From positions 780,001 to 812,000 of the forward strand of contig CAVRAI010000003.1 in NCBI GenBank assembly GCA_963718915.1: a stretch of 32,000 nucleotides of DNA, written 5' to 3'. This document shows, piece by piece, positions 1 to 8,988 of this stretch. Below the pieces are notes generated by a model that did not search any database, was not told where the DNA came from, and was given only the letters and a program-made list of their open reading frames with translations. Source of the stretch: an uncultured Chloroflexia bacterium. GTDB taxonomy: Bacteria; Chloroflexota; Ktedonobacteria; Ktedonobacterales; JADMIN01. Made by a program: the position numbers and the translations under genes. Within the stretch, counting starts at the first letter, position 1. Each line of letters starts with the position of its first letter.

Positions 1-573
1 AATGGCGATACGACCGATGCGCTGGGTGGGCACGGGATCATCCCCACCCACTGGCACGGCTGGAATCAACTGGCGGCGGCTGAGATCAATGGCATGATAG
101 CGTTAGAGAAAGTGACGGTGGCGAACGTGAGCACTATTCCGACAGGTTGGAAAGACGATGGCAAGACGCTGGTGGCGCCCAATGGCGTGCCGGTGGTCAT
201 GGGTTTTCGCGAATATGTGCTGGCTCAGGCGGGAGTGGGTGGCTGGGACGCGAACAACTGGCCGCTGGCGGCGGAGCAGGTGATCGTGAGTGGCAGCGTC
301 GAGCCGGGGAATACGGCGATTGGGCCGGGAAGCAGGCAAGACTTCCGGCTGACCTCGCTGGGCTGGACGGCGAGCCGAAACGTCTATGTGATCTACGTCG
401 GGCAGGATATCCGCGCATTGGAGCAGCAACTCGCCGCGGCGAACGCCCATGTGGCGCAACTGGAGGCGCAGCTTGCCAGCATGCCCGCCCCCGCGCCCGC
501 TGACCCGAAGGCCACGGAGGCGCTTGCCGCGATGGTGGAGCTGGCGAAGGCGCTCAAACTGGTGGCGGCGTAG
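1..573 (+). CDS. hypothetical protein, 5'-partial (open to window edge), Ala-rich coiled-coil-like C-terminus
   Basis: Frame 1 has no stop from base 1 to TAG 571-573. It keeps G/C-rich third positions upstream of the first ATG (94) and there is no SD before 94, so the gene probably starts outside the window. The C-terminus carries LEQQLAAANAHVAQLEAQLA. No family recognised. Confidence 0.6.
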   Translation, partial: NGDTTDALGGHGIIPTHWHGWNQLAAAEINGMIALEKVTVANVSTIPTGWKDDGKTLVAPNGVPVVMGFREYVLAQAGVGGWDANNWPLAAEQVIVSGSVEPGNTAIGPGSRQDFRLTSLGWTASRNVYVIYVGQDIRALEQQLAAANAHVAQLEAQLASMPAPAPADPKATEALAAMVELAKALKLVAA

Positions 574-676
574 CCAGGCTCTTTCGTTGCTCCAGATAGA
601 AGCGCTGAAGCATCATCAGGCGCCAGACAGCGTAGATGGCGGTCAGCATCCCGATGGAGAACGCGAGAATCGCCAT
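554..676 (-). CDS. candidate 40-aa single-TM micro-protein just downstream of amt
   Basis: Below the ORF-track cutoff. ATG 676 to TGA 554 gives MAILAFSIGMLTAIYAVWRLMMLQRFYLEQRKSLATPPPV. It has one clear hydrophobic helix and G/C in the third position of about three quarters of codons. There is no SD, and it overlaps the convergent 1..573 gene end by 20 nt. Confidence 0.3.
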   Translation of the reverse strand: MAILAFSIGMLTAIYAVWRLMMLQRFYLEQRKSLATPPPV

Positions 677-742
677 CCAGAGCCGCGTGGGAACGCGCTG
701 GGCATCCGCAGATCATTGCAGGCTGTTCGAGGCCATCATATG

Positions 743-1966
743 TTAGAGACTGTCGTAGGCTACTTCGCCATGTAAGATCTCGTCGAGGCCAGCAATTTCC
801 GTTTCTTTGGAGACCCGCACCGGCTCGAACCGGTTGATCAGACGCAAGATGCCGTAGGTCACGACAAAGGCGTAGAGTGCGGCAATGGCGACGCCTGCCA
901 CCTGGACAGCGAACTGGCGACCATTGCCTTCGAGCAATCCCGCGACCCCGTTGATGGCCGCGCTGGCGAAGACGCCCGTCAAGATGACACCAAGACCACC
1001 GCCAACTCCGTGCACGCCCCACACATCCAGCGCGTCGTCCCACTTCCGTCGCACACGGAGTTGAATCGCCAGATAGCAGACGCCAGCGGCGCACAGGCCG
1101 ATCACCAGCGCGGCCCAGGGCGGCACAAATCCAGCGGCAGGCGTGACCGTCGCGAGGCCAGCCACAGCGCCAGTGAGCGCGCCGGTCATGCTGGCGCGAT
1201 GTTCACGCCACCAGACGAGCGCCAGCCAGGCGACCATGCCCGCCGCCGCTGCTGTGTTCGTGTTGACGAACGCGACCGCCGCCACGCCGTTCGCCGCCAG
1301 CGCACTGCCGCCATTGAAGCCGAACCAGCCGAACCAGAGGAGGCCCGCGCCCAGCGCAACAAAGGGCACATTATGCGGAGTGGCGGAATCAGCGGTATGA
1401 AGCGTGCGGGGGCCGATGAAGAAGACCGCAGCGAGCGCCGCCATACCCGCGCTCAGGTGAACGACGATGCCGCCCGCGAAGTCCACGACGCCCATCTTGG
1501 CGAGAAAGCCTCCGCCCCAGACCCAATGGACGAAGGGAATGTAGACGAGCAGACTCCACAAGACGAGGAAAATGAGGTAGGCCTTGAAGCTGACTCGGTC
1601 GGCGAATGCGCCACTGATCAGGGCAGGAGTAATGATGGCGAACATCACCTGAAACAGGAAGAATGCGAGGAAGGGAATGGTTGGGGCATAGGTGTGGCTG
1701 GGGGCAAGGCCGACGCCCGCCAGGCCGACCTGGCGCAGATCACCAATGAGACCCAGCGTGTCGCCGCTATAGGCGAGGCTGAAGCCAACCAGCACCCAGA
1801 GGAGAGTTACCACACCCATGGCGATGAAACTCTGCATCATAATGGTCAAGACGTTTTTGCGACGTACCAATCCCCCATAGAAAAAGGCCAAGCCGGGCGT
1901 CATGACGAGGACCAACGCTGCGCTGAGCAGCACAAAACCAGTATCGGCGCCATTGATAGAACCCAT
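743..1966 (-). CDS. amt: ammonium transporter (Amt/MEP family)
   Basis: ORF 743..2260 trimmed to ATG 1966 (MGSINGADTGFVLLSAALVLVMTPGLAFFYGGLVR..), with AGGAGAG 7 nt upstream. Multi-TM protein with the Amt hallmark LLWFGWFGFNGGSA. The 98 codons upstream of 1966 are R/P/S-rich junk. Confidence 0.9.
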   Translation of the reverse strand: MGSINGADTGFVLLSAALVLVMTPGLAFFYGGLVRRKNVLTIMMQSFIAMGVVTLLWVLVGFSLAYSGDTLGLIGDLRQVGLAGVGLAPSHTYAPTIPFLAFFLFQVMFAIITPALISGAFADRVSFKAYLIFLVLWSLLVYIPFVHWVWGGGFLAKMGVVDFAGGIVVHLSAGMAALAAVFFIGPRTLHTADSATPHNVPFVALGAGLLWFGWFGFNGGSALAANGVAAVAFVNTNTAAAAGMVAWLALVWWREHRASMTGALTGAVAGLATVTPAAGFVPPWAALVIGLCAAGVCYLAIQLRVRRKWDDALDVWGVHGVGGGLGVILTGVFASAAINGVAGLLEGNGRQFAVQVAGVAIAALYAFVVTYGILRLINRFEPVRVSKETEIAGLDEILHGEVAYDSL

Positions 1967-2364
1967 GAAGGAACTCTCCTCTGTGAGACTCGGTGGCGCG
2001 CCGTTGCGCCAACGCGGGATCGTTCGACAGCCTTTCAGGATAGCCAGGGCGCGCGGATGGATAGACGAGTGGGTATGCGTGAGCGAGGAGGAGACCAGCG
2101 TGCGGCGGGACGCTGCGCCCCGACGTAGTATTTGCCACCAGTATAATGGAGTAGTCAATGGCCAGTCAGGCGCGGGCTGAGGTGGCGAATTACGGCGCCT
2201 CTGAAGACGGTCGTGTCCACGAGTCGCTGGGATGAATTCTATCGAGAGCCAGGACTTCACTGGCTGTGGTCGGCTATACTGGGATCAGACGTCGTGCTCC
2301 GACCAGTGGCTGTTTTGGGTTCATACCTCAATCCTCAATCTCACGAATCTCATGGAGGCGCCAT

Positions 2365-2853
2365 ATGTCCACTCCTACCACGTCTGGCACTCCCTCGCCG
2401 ACTCCTGGCCCAGCGCCTCGCGGAGCTTCGGCGATGCAGCGGTGGTTTCTGCGGGCGATGGTGGGCATCTATCGCCGGACAGGCGGACGCATCGGGGGAC
2501 GGGTCGGCTCGACGCCGGTCCTGCTGCTGACGACCACTGGCCGCAAGACGGGTTTGCCTCACACGACGCCCGTTGGCTACTTCGACCTGGGCGATGACCT
2601 GGGCGATGTGCGGTTTGTGGTGGCCTCGAACGGCGGCGCGCCACGCCATCCTGCCTGGTATTTCAATCTGACCGCGCACCCTGAGGTACGGGTTGAGGTG
2701 GGTCGTGACGCTTATAGCGCTGTTGCGAGGGTGGCGATGGGGGACGAACGCGGGCGGCTGTGGGACTATGTGATGGAGACGGCGCCGCCCTATCGCCGCT
2801 ATCAGCGGGCTGCGCGCGAGATCCCGCTGGTGGTGCTTCGCCGCACCGAGTGA
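2365..2853 (+). CDS. deazaflavin (F420)-dependent nitroreductase-family oxidoreductase (DDN / PF04075-like)
   Basis: ATG 2365 has GGAGG 6 nt upstream. The segments TPVLLLTTTGRKTGLPHTTPVGY, VVASNGGAPRHPAWYFNL and REIPLVVLRR match the DDN-family pattern as I remember it. Confidence 0.8.
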   Translation: MSTPTTSGTPSPTPGPAPRGASAMQRWFLRAMVGIYRRTGGRIGGRVGSTPVLLLTTTGRKTGLPHTTPVGYFDLGDDLGDVRFVVASNGGAPRHPAWYFNLTAHPEVRVEVGRDAYSAVARVAMGDERGRLWDYVMETAPPYRRYQRAAREIPLVVLRRTE

Positions 2854-2971
2854 GTATCAAGTGTGTTGGGCAGGTGATCGCGCCTTGCTGTGCGCCTTGC
2901 TGATGCCTAGCTGATTGTGTGGAATGCCCGACGCGGGGAGTTGATGCGCGGTAGCTGCTGTGTCGGTAACG

Positions 2972-3057
2972 ATGCCACCCAATCCGAAGGCGACCGAGGC
3001 GCTGGCAGTGCTGGTGGAGCGGGCGAAGGCGCTCACGCTGGTGGCTCCGTAGCCTGG
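2972..3057 (+). repeat. degenerate second copy of the 3' end of the 1..573 gene (26-codon remnant MPPNPKATEALAVLVERAKALTLVAP*)
   Basis: Hand alignment to 481..578 (MPAPAPADPKATEALAAMVELAKALKLVAA*) gives 63 of 77 aligned bases identical after a 9-nt gap. Similarity includes the stop codon and the following CC.GG. There is no upstream homology and no SD. Confidence 0.7.
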
Positions 3058-3270
3058 TATCTGTGGAAGGTGATGCCACCGGGTCTGCAACGGGTGAGAG
3101 TCATATTGGCCCAGTCGCGTGCGGTGCGAGTGAATGAGATAGGAGCGAGGTGGGCGACCTGGCATTTGTGGAGCAACGCATATCTGGCGACAACGGTCGA
3201 AAGCTATACTCAGCGCAGACGCGACGATGCAGCTGGACGCTGGATTCGTCTGAGATCAAGGGAGCGCCTC

Positions 3271-3903
3271 ATGCGGTCTCCAGCCACCAAATGCCAGGCT
3301 ATTCTCACTCTTGTGACATTTACCCTTCTCATGGCGCTGCTCGTTGGTTGCGCCAGTGTGGCGCGCCAGCCACCACTCGGCGCGACGGCTACTCCCCAGG
3401 CATCCGCGACGCCACATGCGCGAGCCGGTATTCACGCGGCGACCCTTGGTGGCACGATCAACGACTTCCAGGCGCGCTATCAGGCCGTCGCGAGTACGCA
3501 GAACCTGGTCTACGACGCGACCATCGCCGGGCAGCCAGTTGAAATTGCCCTTGGCCCTGATCTTCCCCAGCAGAGCCTCGATGGTGTGGCCCACATTGCC
3601 GTGGTGACGCTCAGCGTGCCCGCCAACGCCCTCCGCTCCGAACAATGGAGCGCCGCCCTCGCCGCTCAGGTGGCGCAACCGTTTCTGCCCGCCGACGCGC
3701 AGTTCCAGGATACCGTCACCGTGAATGGCTCACCCGATCACATCTACACCAGCGCCAGCGTCGCGGCGACCTTCACGTCCGACCAGTTCGTCACCGACGC
3801 GAACGCGCCCGTCCCTCTCGGCACGTTCGATGATCTCTGCAACCCGCTGCCGTTCTCGAACACTGGTATCGAGCAGTGCACAATCGCTATCGGCAGCAAC
3901 TAG
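3271..3903 (+). CDS. lipoprotein of unknown function
   Basis: ORF 2917..3903 trimmed to ATG 3271 (AAGGGAG upstream). The N-terminus MRSPATKCQAILTLVTFTLLMALLVGC carries an L-V-G-C lipobox. No family recognised. Confidence 0.65.
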   Translation: MRSPATKCQAILTLVTFTLLMALLVGCASVARQPPLGATATPQASATPHARAGIHAATLGGTINDFQARYQAVASTQNLVYDATIAGQPVEIALGPDLPQQSLDGVAHIAVVTLSVPANALRSEQWSAALAAQVAQPFLPADAQFQDTVTVNGSPDHIYTSASVAATFTSDQFVTDANAPVPLGTFDDLCNPLPFSNTGIEQCTIAIGSN

Positions 3904-4018
3904 CAACCAGCGTGATGCCTCTCCAGCCCACACGCGCAACCACTGCCACTCTTTATGAAGCAGGCGCTATCCTGGACCCCTTTTCGTGCCGCTTCGTGAA
4001 TTGATAGCGGCAACCCTA

Positions 4019-5266
4019 TCATGGCAGCTTCAGGATGCCCAGTTGCGCCTTGAGGCGGATGATGCGCCGGAGCGCTGTGTCCAGCCGCGCCTGCGAGATG
4101 CGCCCGGACTGCACGGCCTGCGTCATCGCCGCGACCACCGCCGCCAGACGATCCTGCTCGATGGGCGCCTCGATCAGATCATCGCCCGCCAGAAACGCCC
4201 GCACGCAGGCCTCGGCGATCCCCTGCGCCGGATCGCTGTAGCCTTGCTGCTGCATATAGGCGACGATGCCCTGCGCGTCCATCGCGTCGGTGACGACGAC
4301 CCCCTGGTAGCCCAACTGCCCGCGCAAGACCTGCTGCACCAGCACCGGCGAGAGCGAGGCGGGGTTCTGCGTGTCATAGGCCGGGACGATGACGTGCGTC
4401 ACCATAATCATGTCTGGATGTTGGGGCAGTAATTGCCGGAACGAGGCGAAATCGGTGGCGTTGAGCTGGTTCTGCGAGTGATTGACCGTCGGCAATGTGA
4501 AGTCGGGGTTGCCGGTGGATGCGCCCAACCCCGGCCAGTGCTTCAGCGTCCCGGCGACGCCATTTTGTTGCAGCCCATCGAGGAACGCGCCCGCATATGA
4601 TGTGACCTGGCCGACTGATGTGCCGAACATACGGCTCGGATCGATGCCGCCGCCCTGATTGATATCGGCCAGCGGGGCAAAATCGACGTTGAGGCCGATC
4701 TGCCGCATGCGCTGGGCGTCGGTCTGCGCCTGGAGGTACGCCTGGTGAGGGTCGCCGGTCGCGCTGAGCTGTTGGGGCGAAGAAGTCGGGCCGTAGTAGA
4801 AGGAGAGGCGATCCACCAGACCGCCCTCTTCGTCGGTCGCCAGCAACAGCGGCGTATCGGCGTGCGACTTGAGGTCGCTCACCAGCTGTTGCATGCCAGC
4901 GAGCGTGGTGGGCATCAGCGGGCCGCCATTGTAGTTGGGGAAAATGATGGCGCTGCCGAGATGCCACTGGGTCAGCGCCTGATTGATATCGTCGTTGTAG
5001 CCATTCGCGTAGACGGCCAGCATGAGCGTCTGCCCGATCTGCTGCGCGGGCGTGAGCTTGGCGATATAGGCGTCGATGCGCTGGTCAAGGCTCTGCGCGG
5101 CGGGCGTCGATGTAGCCGTAGCAGCCGTGGCGGTGGCTGCTGGCCCCGTCGTTCCGGTCGTCGGCAGGCCAACGCAGCCCGAGACCATGACAAGAATGAG
5201 CAGCAGTGATGCGCCAAGGGCAGCGCGGAATCGGCGCGGATGGCTCGTCCTCGCGTAATGCTGCAT
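4019..5266 (-). CDS. glycoside hydrolase family 3 N-terminal-domain protein (beta-N-acetylhexosaminidase, NagZ-like), lipoprotein
   Basis: ATG 5266 is preceded by GGGGAG. The signal peptide has a V-S-G-C lipobox. GH3 motifs seen: LLLATDEEGGLVDRL, KHWPGLG, VVVTDAMDA. Confidence 0.85.
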   Translation of the reverse strand: MQHYARTSHPRRFRAALGASLLLILVMVSGCVGLPTTGTTGPAATATAATATSTPAAQSLDQRIDAYIAKLTPAQQIGQTLMLAVYANGYNDDINQALTQWHLGSAIIFPNYNGGPLMPTTLAGMQQLVSDLKSHADTPLLLATDEEGGLVDRLSFYYGPTSSPQQLSATGDPHQAYLQAQTDAQRMRQIGLNVDFAPLADINQGGGIDPSRMFGTSVGQVTSYAGAFLDGLQQNGVAGTLKHWPGLGASTGNPDFTLPTVNHSQNQLNATDFASFRQLLPQHPDMIMVTHVIVPAYDTQNPASLSPVLVQQVLRGQLGYQGVVVTDAMDAQGIVAYMQQQGYSDPAQGIAEACVRAFLAGDDLIEAPIEQDRLAAVVAAMTQAVQSGRISQARLDTALRRIIRLKAQLGILKLP

Positions 5267-5529
5267 GATCGCTCCCCTGGCTGTATGACTCTCACCTATA
5301 ATAGCTAAACGGCTGCTGTCGGCCCTCATGGTTTGGCATGTTTCGGCGCGCAAGCTCTGCTGGAATCCATGGCAAGGCTACCACATGGCCCTTCCAAATA
5401 CAAGACCAGGCGTGCGGCTGAAAGGATCTCTGGCTGCGCGTGACTGCGCAATCGCCGTCGCCATATCGCCGTGCGCGTTATCTCTCCGCCGCTGGCCCGT
5501 TGATATGCGTAGGGAAGGAGCGCGGGCGG

Positions 5530-6738
5530 ATGGCTCGCGGGTGGCGCCCATCAGGAGGAAAACCAGGAGGAAAACAGGGACGTATGGAATCACTTCGACG
5601 CCTGCTGGCTGACCTGCGGGGTCGCTTCGTTTCAGCAATCACGGGACGAGAAGGCCGTTCGCGACAGATCACCATCGCCGCGCTCTCCGCACTCTGTCTG
5701 TTCGCGCTGGCGGCCACGGCGCTCCTCTTCGCCGCACAGAGCGATCCGTCGGCCTCCGGGAACGCGGCGCGGTCGTCATCCCCAACGCTTTTCGCGTCTA
5801 CGCTGACGCCGACCGATCCGCCGACGGCAACCGCGCAGGCAACAGCAACCACCACATCGGGCGGAGGCAAGAAGGTCTCTGGCAAGCCCGTCACAGTGCC
5901 GAAGCCCCCGCCGCCCCCGCCGAAGCCGACGGCGACCCCCACGGCGACGCCCTGCGCGACGGCGACACCCGTGCCGACGGCCACCGCAACGGCGACCGCG
6001 ACCTCCACGGCGACGGCCACCACATCGACCGGGTCATCTGGCGCCGTATCGTTGGCGGCGCTGCGGGTCAACTCCTGCACGCCCTGCGGTGTGAACGCCG
6101 GAAATAATCCGAGCCAGTCGCAGATTCGCGCCGCGCTGGATGCCGCCGCCAACCTGTATGGCCTGCCGCACAACCTGCTCTATGGCTTTGCCTGGCAGGA
6201 GAGCAAGTGGCATCAGGATGTCATGGCGTGTGATGGCGGCGTTGGGCTGATGCAAATTCAGTACTACTACTCCGACTATTTCAACCACTCCAGCGTGCTA
6301 AACGCGAGCGGCTGCGGCGTCTCGGACACCAGCTACGATATCTACACGCTCAGCGGCAACGCCAATCTCGGCGCGAAGGTCGTCAAGTATCTCTCGTGCT
6401 ATTACATGCGTATCGCGTCGGGCAAGTATCAGGCTGCCGGGCTGGGTTTCCCCGATACGACAAGCAATCCGAGCCTCTGCGCCACGCTCTACAACAACAA
6501 CACCAACGGGCCGACCGCCACGCTCTATCAGGATTTGCCGTCATCCGTGGGCGATGGCTGGAGCTGTCCGCTCGATCCGACACAGGGGCTGACGAGCGCC
6601 GAGGTGCTCGACTACAGCGCCAGCGCCTATAACGCCGGGCAGACCGCCATCTATAACTGTAGCTGCATCCCCAATCTTGGCTACGTCGGCGCCGTCGAGT
6701 ACTGGACCAGCCAGTTTGCCCAGGGCGCGCTGCCGTAG
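5530..6738 (+). CDS. membrane-anchored lytic transglycosylase (SLT-domain) protein with T/A/P-rich linker
   Basis: ATG 5530 has GGAAGGAG 9 nt upstream; an alternative start is ATG 5584. One TM helix (ITIAALSALCLFALAATALLFAA) is followed by a low-complexity linker. The SLT-like catalytic region reads LLYGFAWQESKW...GVGLMQIQ. Confidence 0.7.
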   Translation: MARGWRPSGGKPGGKQGRMESLRRLLADLRGRFVSAITGREGRSRQITIAALSALCLFALAATALLFAAQSDPSASGNAARSSSPTLFASTLTPTDPPTATAQATATTTSGGGKKVSGKPVTVPKPPPPPPKPTATPTATPCATATPVPTATATATATSTATATTSTGSSGAVSLAALRVNSCTPCGVNAGNNPSQSQIRAALDAAANLYGLPHNLLYGFAWQESKWHQDVMACDGGVGLMQIQYYYSDYFNHSSVLNASGCGVSDTSYDIYTLSGNANLGAKVVKYLSCYYMRIASGKYQAAGLGFPDTTSNPSLCATLYNNNTNGPTATLYQDLPSSVGDGWSCPLDPTQGLTSAEVLDYSASAYNAGQTAIYNCSCIPNLGYVGAVEYWTSQFAQGALP

Positions 6739-6786
6739 TTTCGAGTGCTTCCTAAATGAGGGGCGACATGCCAGGGGAGTTCTACA

Positions 6787-7215
6787 TCACATCTCAGGAC
6801 TCGTCACGTCACCTTCCTCATCGTCTTCCAGAATGATCAGCACGGAGACTGATATCTGCAACTGCGCCGCCCCCGCCGCCGCGACGATCTCAGCCGGAAT
6901 GCCAAAGCCACCCATCGCCTCCTCACGAATTGTACTGATCCAGAGTTCGGCGTTGACAGCATCCCGGTCGAGTTGGGCCAGGCCGGGCGTCAGGCGTCGT
7001 AGAATATCGGCGACACGCGCGGTCGCCTCAGGAAGTGGGAGGCCATCCTCCCACTCGCTTCTATCTATCAGGTCTAAGCCCCACACATCGACAGGTTGCT
7101 TCCGCCGCCTGGGAGGGATCAACTCACCCTTACGCCGGTCGAAGGTTGGTGCGATCCCCAAGAGGTGGGTTACGTCTTGGGAGGGCGGTAGATCGCCCGA
7201 GAGGCGGAAACTCAT
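6787..7215 (-). CDS. DUF4279-like protein
   Basis: ORF 6787..7281 trimmed to ATG 7215. The N-terminus MSFRLSGDLPPSQDVTHLLGIAPTFDRRKGE resembles the DUF4279 N-terminal pattern, from memory. Confidence 0.55.
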   Translation of the reverse strand: MSFRLSGDLPPSQDVTHLLGIAPTFDRRKGELIPPRRRKQPVDVWGLDLIDRSEWEDGLPLPEATARVADILRRLTPGLAQLDRDAVNAELWISTIREEAMGGFGIPAEIVAAAGAAQLQISVSVLIILEDDEEGDVTSPEM

Positions 7216-7498
7216 GCTGGTGCGACTTTTCCAGTGACTCACGGCTGTCGATTTTCCTCTCGTATAGTTCGAGCCATTCATCTGTTCATTCTATCAACTT
7301 CTTAAAGGTGTAGCTTTTTTGAACTCACCTGTCGCGAGGCGTAGGGAGCTGGGCCGACCTGTCGCGTTGACGCCTGCCTGGCTTCCCATCTACCATGAAG
7401 AAGAGCCGCAAGCTGTGGCGCTGCCAGTAAGGAATGGCGCGCAATGGGCCAGCGGCAGACGGTGGTGGGGAATATCAAGGAGGCGGGGAGGAAACAGG

Positions 7499-7759
7499 AT
7501 GATAGGATTACTCACACGGGCGCGGAACAATGTGTCGCTCACTCCGGCTGAGCGCGCGCTGCTCAAGCTGATCGAGGGGCTGGTCTGCACGGCGTTGGTG
7601 GCGGCGCTACCCGTCGTCGCGGATGCGCTGAGCAATGGCGCCATCAACTGGGCGGATGTGGGACGCGCGGCGCTGGCTGCCGGGGCGACGGCGGCGCTGT
7701 TGGCGCTCATCAAATACTGCAAGGCATATGGCGACCCGCCGCTGCCATCCCAGCTCTGA
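7499..7759 (+). CDS. small (86 aa) two-helix membrane protein, unknown function
   Basis: ATG 7499 follows AAGGAGGCGGGGAGGAAACAGG. The sequence MIGLLTRARNNVSLTPAERALLKLIEGLVCTALVAALPVVADAL...AALAAGATAALLALIKY is hydrophobic. The 60 codons upstream in the ORF track look non-coding. Confidence 0.55.
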   Translation: MIGLLTRARNNVSLTPAERALLKLIEGLVCTALVAALPVVADALSNGAINWADVGRAALAAGATAALLALIKYCKAYGDPPLPSQL

Positions 7760-7797
7760 TGCTATTGGATAGATGAGGCACAGCTCGGAAAACAATG

Positions 7798-7821
7798 TGA
7801 GGACGGTGGTTGCCGTCCTCA
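7798..7821. terminator. 9-bp GC-rich hairpin between convergent small genes (possible bidirectional terminator)
   Basis: TGAGGACGG (7798-7806), a 6-nt loop, then CCGTCCTCA (7813-7821). No U-tract. The right arm can alternatively pair with TAGATGAGG (7770-7778). Confidence 0.4.
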
Positions 7822-7872
7822 TCTAGACCTACGCTTCGAGAGGGTTTCCAGTGTGCCCGCTACTTCACGACG

Positions 7873-8052
7873 CTACATCAGGTGGGCGTGCGAGGCCGTT
7901 TCGGCCTGTGGGATGGGTTCTGGCAGATCACAGGCGGTTTCTTCGACGTCACGTCCTCGTGAAATCAGGCGCACGAAGAAGAACATCAGACAAAACACAC
8001 CACCCCAGAATGCGAATACGGCCAGTACCCAGAGGACATCACTAAAGGACAT
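7873..8052 (-). CDS. 59-aa single-TM protein (absent from ORF track)
   Basis: ATG 8052 has AAGGGGGA 4-5 nt upstream, and the stop is TAG at 7873-7875. The product is MSFSDVLWVLAVFAFWGGVFCLMFFFVRLISRGRDVEETACDLPEPIPQAETASHAHLM. The plus-strand ORFs covering this region are Arg-rich junk. Confidence 0.5.
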   Translation of the reverse strand: MSFSDVLWVLAVFAFWGGVFCLMFFFVRLISRGRDVEETACDLPEPIPQAETASHAHLM

Positions 8053-8240
8053 GGCATCCCCCTTTTTACGGCGCTTTCGCGTCTATTCCGCGGCGCTACC
8101 TCCCGCATGTACCCCTATTGTATCCCACTCGACATAAACAGTGAACAGTGAGCGCGCGGATTTCGTCCCGGCTGCGCACAGCGGCGCGTATACTTTACGA
8201 AGTGGGTGTAGAGCGTGAAAGGAGAATGAGTGAGTAGCCT

Positions 8241-8963
8241 GTGCTGAAACGTGAGAAAGCGGGTTCGTCTCCGGCATCCATGCCCCTTTCGCTCCGCTGG
8301 GATGCGCCGCTGCCCGACCTGGCGTTTCTGGGGCTATTCCTGCTGATGGCGCTCTGCCACCTGGTCTCGGCGCTGCTGGCGCTCGGCTGGATCACCGCCG
8401 CCATCTGCGATGGCGTTGTCCTCGGCTACCTGGCAGTTGTGCTGTTGGCGCGTCCCGAATGGGGGCCACTCATCGGGCGTCTGCTGCTGTTTGGCCTCGT
8501 TGCGGGAGTTGTAGAGTTGGCCACCGACGCCGCCGGGGAACAAATCGCGCGTTCGCTGGTCTATCCCGCCGACGAACCGATGCTCTGGCAGTCGCCCGCC
8601 TACATGCCCATCTCGTGGATGGTTGTACTGACGCTGCTCGGCTACCTTGGCTGGCGGCTGGCGGGGCTGCTGCCGCTCTGGTGGGCCGTGCCGCTCGGCG
8701 GGCTGGCGGGCATGCTCATCATCCCGTTCTATGAAGAAAGCGCCTGGTATGCTGGTTGGTGGCGCTACACCACCCTGCCGCGTCTGGGCCACACGCCTGT
8801 CTATGTCTTCCTTTTCGAGGGCGGCATCGTGGCAATCCTGCCACTGCTCGCGCGCGGGCTGGAGCGGCTCCGGCTGGGATGGGTGGCGGCGCGTGGATTC
8901 GTCCTCGGCGCGTGGATGCCGCTGGTGGCGTTCGTCTCGTGGCGACTGCTGGGGCAGGGATAG
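8241..8963 (+). CDS. polytopic integral membrane protein, unknown function
   Basis: 240-aa ORF with at least 6 hydrophobic segments. The start is uncertain: GTG 8241 or ATG 8280. No family recognised with confidence. Confidence 0.7.
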   Translation: MLKREKAGSSPASMPLSLRWDAPLPDLAFLGLFLLMALCHLVSALLALGWITAAICDGVVLGYLAVVLLARPEWGPLIGRLLLFGLVAGVVELATDAAGEQIARSLVYPADEPMLWQSPAYMPISWMVVLTLLGYLGWRLAGLLPLWWAVPLGGLAGMLIIPFYEESAWYAGWWRYTTLPRLGHTPVYVFLFEGGIVAILPLLARGLERLRLGWVAARGFVLGAWMPLVAFVSWRLLGQG

Positions 8964-8988
8964 GCGCGATTGGGGTACAATAGCCCGT

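Noticed and set aside
2125-2147. Perfect TATAAT (2142-47) and a GTA-N8-CAC NtcA-like half-match between amt and the DDN gene
   Set aside because: There is no acceptable -35. The NtcA-like site has the wrong spacing to the -10 and an imperfect TAC half-site. It cannot be supported as a nitrogen-control site from sequence alone.
1967-2260. 98-codon N-terminal extension of the amt ORF
   Set aside because: The extension is R/P/S/W-rich. The canonical Amt N-terminus begins at ATG 1966, which has a strong AGGAGAG SD.
5810-6040. Repetitive ACGGCGAC/ACCGCGAC-type DNA
   Set aside because: It encodes the T/A/P low-complexity linker of the SLT protein (..TATPTATPCATATPVPTATATATATSTATA..). This is a compositional coding repeat, not a mobile or regulatory element.
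7851-8137. Plus-strand ORFs 7851..8045 and 7853..8137
   Set aside because: They are Arg/Ser/Thr-rich with no SD. The minus strand holds a 59-aa TM ORF with a strong SD that better explains the region.
8647-8988. 114-codon N-terminal extension of ORF 8647..9723
   Set aside because: It overlaps the 3' part of the membrane-protein gene in another frame and is W/R/C-rich. ATG 8989 begins the plausible protein.
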